From the UHGV virus genome UHGV-1351770: a stretch of DNA of 64,000 nucleotides; one strand, given 5' to 3'. Both the position numbers and the translations under genes were made by a program. The DNA comes from a virus. Positions 36,452 through 45,126 of the stretch are shown one piece after another. How positions within the stretch are numbered: the stretch's first letter is position 1; the number at the start of each line of letters is the position of its first letter. Under the pieces are notes generated by a model. The model saw only the letters and a program-made list of their open reading frames with translations, ran no database searches and was not told where the DNA came from.

Positions 36452-36472
36452 TATTAAGGGGAGGAGCCCATT

Positions 36473-36889
36473 ATGAGTAAATATGGTTTTGTAAATAACG
36501 GACTTAATCAAAGTATGGGCTCCCAGCAGCCCATTCCGGGTCTGGATAACCCCTACTTACAACAATTGCAACAGCGTTTAGCAGAAGCGCAACAGATGCA
36601 GCAACAACTCCAGCAAAACCCTGGAAGTGTGAGTCCTATGCAAATGATGCAGCAAATGGGCGGGCAGTCGCAAATGCCTCAACAAATGCAGCAACAGGTG
36701 CCGCAGCAGCAAGTTCAGCAACAAACCCAACAACCGCAGGTTTCTGCGGAAGGACAGGCAGTACTAGCCCTTTTCGAAGACTTCGCAAAGACAGAGGATG
36801 GGAAACAGCTTGTATCACTTATGGGTAAGTTTAATAGCTTCTGCCAAAGCCAGGTTGCAAAAGCTCAAAATGGTGGTAATAACTCCTAA
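36473..36889 (+). CDS. Gln-rich protein (138 aa; QQMQQQVPQQQVQQQTQQPQ)
   Basis: ORF with GGGGAGGAG RBS. Confidence 0.55.
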   Translation: MSKYGFVNNGLNQSMGSQQPIPGLDNPYLQQLQQRLAEAQQMQQQLQQNPGSVSPMQMMQQMGGQSQMPQQMQQQVPQQQVQQQTQQPQVSAEGQAVLALFEDFAKTEDGKQLVSLMGKFNSFCQSQVAKAQNGGNNS

Positions 36890-36898
36890 GGAGGAATT

Positions 36899-37093
36899 AT
36901 GTGTTGCAGAAAATCTGTTTCGTGCTGCCCAATGCCTGTAGCACGTTGTTGCTCTCCAGCAATGTTTACGCAAATACCGGCGTTCAATCCGTTTGCCTTT
37001 AAGCCTACTCTTATCCTGCCCCCTAGAGTAGATTTTCAGTCAAGATTGGCCTCCCGTATGGGTGGTTGCTGTAATAAGAGTATATGGTTCTAA
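36899..37093 (+). CDS. Cys-rich small protein (64 aa; CC..CC..CC..CC)
   Basis: ORF with AGGAGGAA RBS 1 codon after upstream stop. Confidence 0.45.
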   Translation: MCCRKSVSCCPMPVARCCSPAMFTQIPAFNPFAFKPTLILPPRVDFQSRLASRMGGCCNKSIWF

Positions 37094-37107
37094 AGAACCA
37101 AACAATA

Positions 37108-37145
37108 AAGCCCCTAGTCGAAAGACTTAGGGGCTTTTCTTTTAT
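37108..37145 (+). terminator. Rho-independent terminator (AAGCCCCTAG..CTTAGGGGCTT plus TTTCTTTT)
   Basis: Seen in sequence. Confidence 0.7.
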
Positions 37146-37150
37146 CTTAA

Positions 37151-37189
37151 ATACAGAAAAGCCCTGCGCTCTCCAGGGAACGCAGGGCT
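37151..37189 (-). terminator. Rho-independent terminator for minus strand (AGCCCTGCG..CGCAGGGCT, U-run in minus transcript)
   Basis: Seen in sequence; convergent with plus-strand terminator. Confidence 0.65.
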
Positions 37190-37213
37190 TACTTCAGATG
37201 TTACGTGCGGATA

Positions 37214-38172
37214 TTATTTATTACGCATATCCATAATCATTTGGCCATCATAGCCAGTACCTACCACAGTCTGTGGTACACCACCTTGATATTTCTGAGC
37301 ACGAATCATTTCAACTTCCAATTGCTTCCAACGAATCATTTCAGGAGTAATAGTACGTTGCAGTGCGGCGTTAGCTTCAGCTTCTTTCTTAGCTGCGTAC
37401 AGTTTAGCGTCTGCGTCACGTTCATTAGCAATAGCTTGGTTGTTGCGAGCTTCACGGTCTGCTTCTGCCTGTTTAACTTTTGCTGTGCTTCTTGTTCAAC
37501 ACGAGCAAGTTCAGCTTTCGCAGCATTAACTTGCTCTTCACGAACTTTGGTATTCTGTACCTGTTCCATGATTACTGGAGGCAGGGTAATATCCTGAAGA
37601 AACACCTGCTTAACTGTGTAACCATATGGGCGTGCATACTCTTCAACTTCCTGTTGAATTGCAGTTTGCAATTGAGCCTGAATTTTAGCATCAAACAAAT
37701 CTTGTGCTTTTGGTACAGACTTACCAAACTCACGAATAGTAGACAGTAATTTTTCAGTTACATACTTGTCTAGTGCCTGATCCTGAGTACCTGCGTTAAT
37801 ACGGTTAATCGGTGCCTTAGAACCATCAAACTGCAACATAACAGTCAGGTCAACAGTGGATTTAAACTTATCCTGGCTAGGAACCTGAAGTTTATCTAAT
37901 TTTACAGCAATATCTTTTGTACTAAAAGTATCGAAAGATGCAAACGGGTTTACAAGATGGAAACCAGGCAATACTGGATTAGGATCTACTTTACCCAGGA
38001 ATGTTTGGGTTTTAACCGTACCATCAGAAACAATAGTATATGAATTAAAAGCTAGAATCAAGCCTGCTAAACCAACTACAGCACCAACTACAGCACCAAT
38101 ACCCCAACGTTTAATAGTACGAATTACTTTCTGCTCAGAAGTCAGTTCTTTCATATTTTTAGTATTAAACAT
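37214..38172 (-). pseudogene. SPFH / band-7 (HflK/HflC-prohibitin-like) membrane protein gene interrupted by a -1 frameshift in an A4 run (plus T-run 37477-37480)
   Basis: N-terminal 239 aa in one frame (TM plus SPFH-like), C-terminal roughly 85 aa continue cleanly in another frame down to stop at 37214-37216. Confidence 0.6.
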
Positions 38173-38206
38173 ATGTTTCCTTTGTTTTAGTTACAGTTAA
38201 TAAAAT

Positions 38207-38281
38207 TGGCCGAGGTGACAGGATTCGAACCTGCATAAAGAAATTTAGAAGACTCCTGCCTCTCCCTTAGACTACACCCCG
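38207..38281 (-). tRNA. tRNA-Arg (TCT)
   Basis: Manual fold; T-stem GCAGG/CCTGT; anticodon stem GGAGT/ATTTC with GU pairs, loop CTTCTAA. Confidence 0.6.
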
Positions 38282-39084
38282 TTTAGGCATTTTTAAGAAC
38301 TCTTATAAAAGCTCTTAAAGATACCCGACGGTAGGTAGGGTTAGCCCCCTCAGATTAAGCTCTGCAGCCCTTCCGTCAGACAATATCTTCCAGTTTAAGT
38401 CAGGGTGACTTAGTGGTTATGTCCTGCGGTATATTGAGGACTCGGTTAGGCTTGGGGTCATGACTTCCCACCTTTTGCTGCTACTCAACAGGAGTTATCG
38501 CGAATTACCTGTGCTATTGTGCACCATTAGTGACATCTCTCATGTCAGCATTTCCCACTTTGTGGATAGCTTGAAAAACTACTCCGATATGGAGAAAGAA
38601 CTTCACTACCCTAGAATACCTTCTAAAGTTCTTCTTTAGCCTGGACATAGTTAAATCGTAATAAAACTATTCAGCAGACTGGTTGGTTAGTCTGGAACCA
38701 ACTACCGCGTGGTTTAGGCAGTGCGCAACTAACCTCGGAAGCTTTTACGTTAAAAGCATCAGTTATCCAGTTCTTACCGACCGTAGTATTCGAACCTACA
38801 TCTTCCACCAGTTACGGCTTGATAATACCAATTATACTAGGACGGCAGTGTTACTACATAAGTGATTTCCACACCCCACTATTTATAAATTAGAGAAGAG
38901 TTTAGGGGAGAGGTTTCAGACGCCTCATTTTACACGTTTTAGCCACTAACCGGGATTGCCGCCCCCTGTGTACTAGTTTTACAACTAACCCACCGACTCT
39001 ATTCAACGAATCTTAGTGCTCGACGCATCTTACATTAAGACAAGTTCAGCGTAATCGGCTCGCTGTTCCCTAATTTATGAATAT

Positions 39085-39113
39085 ATTATACAGAATTTAA
39101 AGGCATTTAGCAA
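39085..39113 (-). promoter_or_regulatory. Early promoter (minus): TTGCTA-17-TATAAT
   Basis: Seen in sequence. Confidence 0.65.
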
Positions 39114-39121
39114 ATAAATTT

Positions 39122-39565
39122 TTAATTAAATTCGCCAGCAATCTGAGCAGCAGTACCACCATCATAACGCCCAGAAAATTCTTCCTTAATCGCTTTCATC
39201 AGCATACCCTTTGTAATTCCAGGGTTTAGCTTAACTAATTCTGCAAAGTATTTACGAATCTCAGTATCAGATAACTGAGGAGGCAGATACTCCTGCAACC
39301 ACTTATTTAGAATGTATTCATACTGAGCAGACTGTAAGCTATAGCTATCAAGATCTCGACCATGAAGTTTAGCTTTCATCTGGTTAATGCTTTTTAGTTG
39401 AGCTTTGAGATAAGACACAAATTGTTCAGAAGTGATGAAATCTTTATCAATACGCTGAAGATCCCCGATTATGGTCTGGTAGCTTTTAGCGACTTCTTTA
39501 TCAGAACCATTAAACTTAGAATCCTGCAAAGCTCTACGCAAAACATCTAAAATATTCTCTTCCAT
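39122..39565 (-). CDS. GatB/YqeY-domain-like protein (147 aa)
   Basis: Weak C-terminal similarity pattern to YqeY family; mostly inference. Confidence 0.35.
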   Translation of the reverse strand: MEENILDVLRRALQDSKFNGSDKEVAKSYQTIIGDLQRIDKDFITSEQFVSYLKAQLKSINQMKAKLHGRDLDSYSLQSAQYEYILNKWLQEYLPPQLSDTEIRKYFAELVKLNPGITKGMLMKAIKEEFSGRYDGGTAAQIAGEFN

Positions 39566-39735
39566 TATTTCATTCCTAACGCTTGGTTAAAAGATTGTTC
39601 TGTCATAACTGCTGAGACTTTGGCGAAATCAAACTTTTTAGGGTTAGTAGTAATTTCAGCCACGTTAGATGTTTTAACAGTTTTCGTAGTACGAATACCG
39701 CGAGTGTTAACACCAATAATTACAACTGATTTCAT
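39565..39735 (-). CDS. Hypothetical protein (57 aa)
   Basis: ORF below cutoff; GAGAGGAAG RBS; TAATG coupling to downstream gene. Confidence 0.35.
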   Translation of the reverse strand: MKSVVIIGVNTRGIRTTKTVKTSNVAEITTNPKKFDFAKVSAVMTEQSFNQALGMK

Positions 39736-39803
39736 ATTTCGCTTCCTCTCATTAGTTTATGGAAGTATTATACAGAAATTTAAGTATTTAAGCAAGTAAA
39801 TTT

Positions 39804-40271
39804 TTAAGTTTTAGTGACAACAGGTTTATAAAACGTATGTCCCTTAATCTTAGTTGTTTTCTTAAATTTCTTTGTCCAGTAAGGTTTATCTTTACCACTA
39901 TGGAAGTATAGTGCTCCATGTGTAGGATCTTGTGGTAAATCAACGTAGTATATCACTCTAGCTAAATTCTTAGCGGTTTGCCAAGCCTCATCGGTTTTAT
40001 CAACTTTTGGTCTCTTAGATACCCAAGAGAACTGGTTAGACTGATATACTACTTTACAGTAGGAATCTGGGAATTTACCGGAGTTTACACGGTTTTTAGT
40101 AACATGTGCAATCGCCGTCATTCCCTTTATGCCCTCACCACGACTCTCGAAATAGATATTTTTAGCAATGCAATCTATTTCTTTTGCATCGTGCGATGCC
40201 TGACTACTAAAGCTGAAGGTAAGGGCAGCTACTAAAAGCAAAGCTGCCTTCATTCTTTTTACTCCTGCCAA
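39804..40271 (-). CDS. Cell-wall hydrolase, SleB/CwlJ family (signal peptide; FESRGEG..THGALYFH motifs)
   Basis: Motifs seen in translation. Confidence 0.55.
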   Translation of the reverse strand: MAGVKRMKAALLLVAALTFSFSSQASHDAKEIDCIAKNIYFESRGEGIKGMTAIAHVTKNRVNSGKFPDSYCKVVYQSNQFSWVSKRPKVDKTDEAWQTAKNLARVIYYVDLPQDPTHGALYFHSGKDKPYWTKKFKKTTKIKGHTFYKPVVTKT

Positions 40272-40576
40272 TCATATTCAACACGATTGGGATTTTCTTT
40301 ATACCCTAAGTCAAGCAAATCATTACGCATATTTTGCTTAGCTACTGGGTTCGAGGTTACTAGTACCACTTTCTTTGGTCTCTGCCCAAATTCTAAGAGT
40401 AAACGAAGAATTTGATAACCTTCCATACCGTCTACAGCCAAGTCATTATCCATATAAACGAAATGGCCTGTGGTATCAGTTTTATTCAGAAACTCTACAG
40501 CGGCTTCTGGGGTTCGAATGATAATGTCCATTCCGTGAAGATTACGCACATCATCAATCAAAATATGAAAAGTCAT
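40259..40576 (-). CDS. CheY-like receiver-domain protein (single domain, 105 aa)
   Basis: ILIDDV..FVYMDNDLAVDGMEGYQILRLL..KVVLVTS pattern matches response-regulator receiver fold. Confidence 0.45.
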   Translation of the reverse strand: MTFHILIDDVRNLHGMDIIIRTPEAAVEFLNKTDTTGHFVYMDNDLAVDGMEGYQILRLLLEFGQRPKKVVLVTSNPVAKQNMRNDLLDLGYKENPNRVEYDWQE

Positions 40577-41019
40577 AATAGCCTCGTTTCATCAATTTAA
40601 AAAATATATTATACATATAATTTAGTAGATTAGCAAATACATTTTTAAATTGTGAAACTAGTAAACCGATAAACAGCCTAGAGGCGCCACAGGCCATATC
40701 TTATGAGCCATGTACCTTTGATCTAGGGTTTGAATCATCAACGAATACTTTGCATCTTTTAGCTTTAGAAGTTTAGAAGTTTGAGTTCTTTAAACTTTTC
40801 AGCTTTCATACTTAAATGTTGATCTTTGAAGTTGTGTCGGTAATATCAACGACGCTTTGTTCTTACGTATCAGCTTAAAAGGCTGGTGTAATAAACATAA
40901 TCTCCAATAGATTATACTTTATAGTATGGTCAGCGGTCTTATTTAACCTCGTATTTCAACCGCTGCTGCGAGGTAAGATGCTTGGGCTTTCGTCTACCGA
41001 TTTACTAGCTTTTAACTTA

Positions 41020-41658
41020 TTATTCTACTTCAATGAAAGTAGAGGCGTTAGACTCGGACAGAACAAAGTCAACATTTGTTGCAAAGTCCTGGTATTCCTC
41101 GTCATGCTGCTTAATCAGCTTCTCCAGTTCCAGAGGATCAATCAAGAATGGAGTATTCTTGAGTTCCAGCAGGTTGAGCTGCATTTTAACTTCATCTTCG
41201 GAAGTTTTCTTATCGCGGGTAGCCATGCTATCCTGCAAACGCTCATATTTAGCATCAAACTGTGCTTTCTGCGTATTAAACTTAACCGTAGCGGCATGGA
41301 ACTGCTTACGCATGTTAGCCAGCAGTTGGGCTTTAAGTTCCATAGAACGCTTAGCTTCAATTGCTTCCGCAACAGTCATTTTACGAGAACCGATCTCAAC
41401 TATTGTTTCTGCATTGCTCTTAATCAGAGCAGATTTGATACTATCACGCTTAGACATCATATCCAGCAGAGATTGGAAATCAGTCTTAATACGGGTAGAC
41501 AGGGCATCTACTTCGATTGCAGCGCCAACTACAACCTGGTTTTTATCCTTACCTTCACCAACAGCGATCAGAAGCTGCTGTTCAGTAGCTTTACGGATTT
41601 TAGCTTCCAGAGATTTGATGGTTGCCAGAGCGCGAGTTTTAGAAATACGAGTAGTCAT
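41020..41658 (-). CDS. Hypothetical alpha-helical / coiled-coil protein (212 aa)
   Basis: ORF with AAGGAAG RBS; two plus-strand ORFs of similar length overlap it and are judged shadows. Confidence 0.5.
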   Translation of the reverse strand: MTTRISKTRALATIKSLEAKIRKATEQQLLIAVGEGKDKNQVVVGAAIEVDALSTRIKTDFQSLLDMMSKRDSIKSALIKSNAETIVEIGSRKMTVAEAIEAKRSMELKAQLLANMRKQFHAATVKFNTQKAQFDAKYERLQDSMATRDKKTSEDEVKMQLNLLELKNTPFLIDPLELEKLIKQHDEEYQDFATNVDFVLSESNASTFIEVE

Positions 41659-41711
41659 TATTTGCTTCCTTATATGAAGTTTGAGATTTGAATTTGTTTA
41701 AATTTGGTCTG

Positions 41712-41894
41712 TTACAGACCAATTGCCAGCAGAGTGCGCAGAACAGTATCGTTACTGTTATCAATTTTAGGATTAGCACGATTTAGCAGATCAAAGATTT
41801 TCTGGATACCTGATTGACGTTCAGCCATACGACGGATACCCAGATTACGAGTAGCTTTCTTACCATTTTTACGAACATTTTTAGATACTGGCAT
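41712..41894 (-). CDS. Small basic protein (60 aa)
   Basis: ORF. Confidence 0.4.
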   Translation of the reverse strand: MPVSKNVRKNGKKATRNLGIRRMAERQSGIQKIFDLLNRANPKIDNSNDTVLRTLLAIGL

Positions 41895-41964
41895 ATTTGT
41901 TTTCCTTTTATTGTTTTCTCAAATTTATGAATATATTATATAGAATTTTGGAGCCGGAAGCAAA

Positions 41965-42666
41965 TCAAATTTTCATTTTTTCGATCATAGCTGCAACACA
42001 ATAGCTCTCAACTAAGGCATCGAATGCTGGGTCGTGCTTAACCGGATAGATCCCATAACGAATGGTGTCCATCTTCTCCATTTTAGCTATTGCCCAGCTA
42101 ATACCTTCAGTTTCTAGAGCTTTATAACTATAGCCAGTTTGCATCCAGAGATTACGAAGAGATCTAACATTACCCAAGTTCCAGAATTTCCACGGAACTA
42201 TTTCTTCATTGGTTCCAGCATGGAAAGTGTTTGCAGAGTAGATAGTCATATCAAACTCTGGGCCATTGCCATAATACAAAGCATTTTCGCCTAGAGCCAA
42301 CTCCATAATATTTTGAGCCATAGAGAAGGCAGCATGGTTAGAGCCAAGTTTATTAGTGCAATGATGTTTACCATTTTGGAAGGCAATCAGTTTTGGATTA
42401 CGCTCATTCATAGCTTCCATAATGTGGATAGCAGACGGGCTATGTTTAGCCTGATCCATCCAGAATGCTAGAGTAGATGCTGTAACTTTGGCACCAGAAT
42501 TAAGTTGATCTTGTACATCTAAAGTAACAAATACTAGATCAGGGTCTTTATCAATTCCATGCATAGCCACAAAAGCGAATGAAGGCATTGCGATATGAGT
42601 AGTACCACAATCTCCTGGAGTTCCTAGAGATTCAATATCTAGCATACCAAATGGTTTTACTTTCAT
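41965..42666 (-). CDS. DEDD-family 3'-5' exonuclease (DnaQ-like; motif LDIESLGT)
   Basis: Exo I motif in translation; start moved to MKVKPF with AAGGA RBS. Confidence 0.45.
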   Translation of the reverse strand: MKVKPFGMLDIESLGTPGDCGTTHIAMPSFAFVAMHGIDKDPDLVFVTLDVQDQLNSGAKVTASTLAFWMDQAKHSPSAIHIMEAMNERNPKLIAFQNGKHHCTNKLGSNHAAFSMAQNIMELALGENALYYGNGPEFDMTIYSANTFHAGTNEEIVPWKFWNLGNVRSLRNLWMQTGYSYKALETEGISWAIAKMEKMDTIRYGIYPVKHDPAFDALVESYCVAAMIEKMKI

Positions 42667-42694
42667 AACGTATCCTTTATTGTGTAGAAAACTA

Positions 42695-42931
42695 TTAAAG
42701 AGCTGTCTCTTTAATAGACTCCCACTTCTTGGGGTCTTTAAAACCAGGAAGCATATCCTCACTGACATCCCAGTTCTCTTCCATAGAGAAGTCGGGCCAT
42801 TCATTCCAGCTACCTTCCAGCTCTTCATAACAGGTATCCATTACCTCATGACTAGAAAGTCGTGTATAATCTCTAGCGGACTTATGAGTGCTAGCACGGT
42901 TAAAATCATTCTTTGCTACAAAATTACGCAT
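42695..42931 (-). CDS. Hypothetical acidic protein (78 aa)
   Basis: ORF. Confidence 0.4.
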   Translation of the reverse strand: MRNFVAKNDFNRASTHKSARDYTRLSSHEVMDTCYEELEGSWNEWPDFSMEENWDVSEDMLPGFKDPKKWESIKETAL

Positions 42932-42972
42932 AGTTTCTCCAAATAAGAGGGGCTTTCACCCCCTGATTTAAA

Positions 42973-43188
42973 TCACTTGCCCAGCAGTTTAAGGATATTT
43001 TCCATAATAGTTTGGGCAGATTTTTCACTCTTGTTGGTTTCAGCCAACTTTAAAGCGAGTTCTTCCTGCTGTTTCTGAATATCCGCAGCAATTTTTTGAT
43101 CAGCCTCAATACGAGCTTGAAGCTCATCAGTGATAGTGGTAAAGGAAGCAACGATTTCAGTAACGGAACGTGGTTTCTTAGAGAACAT
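42973..43188 (-). CDS. Hypothetical coiled-coil protein (71 aa)
   Basis: ORF. Confidence 0.4.
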   Translation of the reverse strand: MFSKKPRSVTEIVASFTTITDELQARIEADQKIAADIQKQQEELALKLAETNKSEKSAQTIMENILKLLGK

Positions 43189-43252
43189 AAAAAATATCCT
43201 TGATTAGTTAGAGAATCAGTAGATTGTAGGGGCTCTCGCCCCTATTTATCTA

Positions 43253-43768
43253 TTACTTCGCTTTACGCTTGCGAGCTGGTTTAGCAGATTTACGAGCAGA
43301 ATCACCCGTGAACTTAATGCCTACACCGTAACACAGAGCACGAACATTATCTTTACTATACTCTACGCCAAAGATATTTGGCTTAACAGAACCAAACTGT
43401 CCACGAGTATTACGCAATACATCTGCTGTTGGTTTACGCTTCTGGTTAACTGCCTTCTCATAGTCTTTCATAGACATACCATTACGAGAGAACAATTCAG
43501 CCCCAGCGTTGAAGCTCAGGGAAACTGGGACAGATTTGTGGCCGTAATTTTCTACATACATAACCATTTTGTAGGATTTACGGGTGGCATTTTTAGCTTT
43601 AGGCTTCTGACGAATCGGAGCCGGATTATTCAGTGCTTGCGCAGCCTGAGCATCGGTAGGATGCTTACGCAGGTGACGTTCCAGACGAGCTTTGCGATTA
43701 GCCTCAGTCTTCTGGAAAGTTTTAACTGCCGGAGCTGCTTGAGTTTTTGCGTTTTTCTGCTTAGCCAT
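43253..43768 (-). CDS. Highly basic protein (171 aa), possible DNA-binding
   Basis: ORF; Lys/Arg-rich termini. Confidence 0.45.
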   Translation of the reverse strand: MAKQKNAKTQAAPAVKTFQKTEANRKARLERHLRKHPTDAQAAQALNNPAPIRQKPKAKNATRKSYKMVMYVENYGHKSVPVSLSFNAGAELFSRNGMSMKDYEKAVNQKRKPTADVLRNTRGQFGSVKPNIFGVEYSKDNVRALCYGVGIKFTGDSARKSAKPARKRKAK

Positions 43769-43806
43769 TATTTGTTTTCCTTTTTGTTTATCAATTTATG
43801 AAGTAT

Positions 43807-43835
43807 ATTATACGAGAATTTGAAGCGTTTAGCAA
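43807..43835 (-). promoter_or_regulatory. Early promoter (minus): TTGCTA-17-TATAAT
   Basis: Seen in sequence. Confidence 0.65.
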
Positions 43836-43843
43836 ATGAATTT

Positions 43844-44293
43844 TTAATTTATTAACTGTAAGCTTCTTTTAATTTCAGACCTTACCTGCATCAAAAGAAC
43901 TCCTAAAGTATTATCCCCGATGCCTCGGCAAACACCCCAATATGTATCTCCCCAGGTATTTCCTTCAATCAAAGTTGCATTTTTTGTTGCTAACAGTTTG
44001 TCTCTCAAATCAGGGATTGCGAACTTTAACCGTAAAAGTTCTAGCATTACATCATCTTTTACTTTATCCCAGTCAGAGCGTAGAGTTAATTTACGTCCTC
44101 TACGTTTGGCAACTCCTGCGTTTAGAGAGCGTAGTACATGAGCTACATCATCTTTTTGGTCTGATTTCATAGCCTGAAAAGCATGTTCTACAGTATCAGC
44201 ATGCCATATTTCATTTAGATATTCGAAAGTAATTGGTGATAAATAAAAGTTTGATAAGAAACTATAAGCACCTTTAAATTCAGTAATCTTCAT
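43844..44293 (-). CDS. NADAR (YbiA-like, DUF1768) domain protein
   Basis: GAYSFLSNFY..EHAFQAMK..DW..K pattern matches NADAR family. Confidence 0.55.
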   Translation of the reverse strand: MKITEFKGAYSFLSNFYLSPITFEYLNEIWHADTVEHAFQAMKSDQKDDVAHVLRSLNAGVAKRRGRKLTLRSDWDKVKDDVMLELLRLKFAIPDLRDKLLATKNATLIEGNTWGDTYWGVCRGIGDNTLGVLLMQVRSEIKRSLQLIN

Positions 44294-44574
44294 TTTTTAC
44301 GCCCCGCATCTTTAGCCTCCTCGGCTGTATAAATATACTGATAAGCCCCTTTGGAGTAGGCTGGAGCAGTACACATTTTCTTACGCTCAATCTCTTCTTG
44401 AGCTTTTCTTTCGCGTTCAGCTAATTCTTCGTCCAGATAAACTAAACGTTGTTCTGGAGGAGGTGGAAGACGTGTCTCTGGCTCACCAATATTAGCCTTT
44501 CTTATTTGACGAGGTGATTGTGCACGTTTTCTCAATGGTTTAAATCCTGATGAATTTGAGTTATAAATTCGCAT
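44290..44574 (-). CDS. Hypothetical basic protein (94 aa)
   Basis: ORF. Confidence 0.4.
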   Translation of the reverse strand: MRIYNSNSSGFKPLRKRAQSPRQIRKANIGEPETRLPPPPEQRLVYLDEELAERERKAQEEIERKKMCTAPAYSKGAYQYIYTAEEAKDAGRKK

Positions 44575-44650
44575 AAAGCCCTCCTCACTTTCAATACGAA
44601 TATTATACTAAATTAGAGGGCTTTAAGCAAGAAAATTTTTAATTTATTTA

Positions 44651-45124
44651 TCACATCTCAGCCATTTCAGCTTCAGTAATAACAGTATTACACAATGCAT
44701 CTACAGCTTCATTACCACTAATACCAGAATGCCCTTTAACCTTAATAAAGGTAGGGTTAGTATTATGAAAGTTGATATACTGCTGTGTTAATTTAAATGC
44801 TTCCTGCCAAAGTTCTAGATTAAGTGGAACTTCACCATCTGCTTTCTTCCAGCCTTTTCTTTGCCAAGAAAACATCCAACTTTCCATGCCATTTTTGCAA
44901 TAAGCAGAGTCAGTATAGATAGCAATTGGTCTATTATCTTTTTTAACAGACCAACGTAGAGCTTCTACAATAGCTGTGAGTTCCATCTCATTATTTGTAG
45001 TTTTAGGATTATAACCAGATTTAGAGCCTAAACGATCGTCGTTATCATCATAGACAATAAAACCCCAAGCACCTGGACCTGGGTTAGACTTACAAGCACC
45101 ATCTGTGTAAATGTGGAAAACCGA
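44651..45124 (-). CDS. rnh: Ribonuclease H (RnhA-like)
   Basis: TDGAC..GxGAWG..ELTA..YTDS..KGHSG..GNE.AD motifs; start at MSVF with GGGAGG RBS. Confidence 0.8.
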   Translation of the reverse strand, partial: SVFHIYTDGACKSNPGPGAWGFIVYDDNDDRLGSKSGYNPKTTNNEMELTAIVEALRWSVKKDNRPIAIYTDSAYCKNGMESWMFSWQRKGWKKADGEVPLNLELWQEAFKLTQQYINFHNTNPTFIKVKGHSGISGNEAVDALCNTVITEAEMAEM

Positions 45125-45126
45125 CA

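Noticed and set aside
40978-41691. Plus-strand ORFs 40978..41691 and 41033..41677
   Set aside because: Overlap the RBS-bearing minus gene 41020..41658 and lack RBSs; treated as shadows (see finding on stop-codon depletion).
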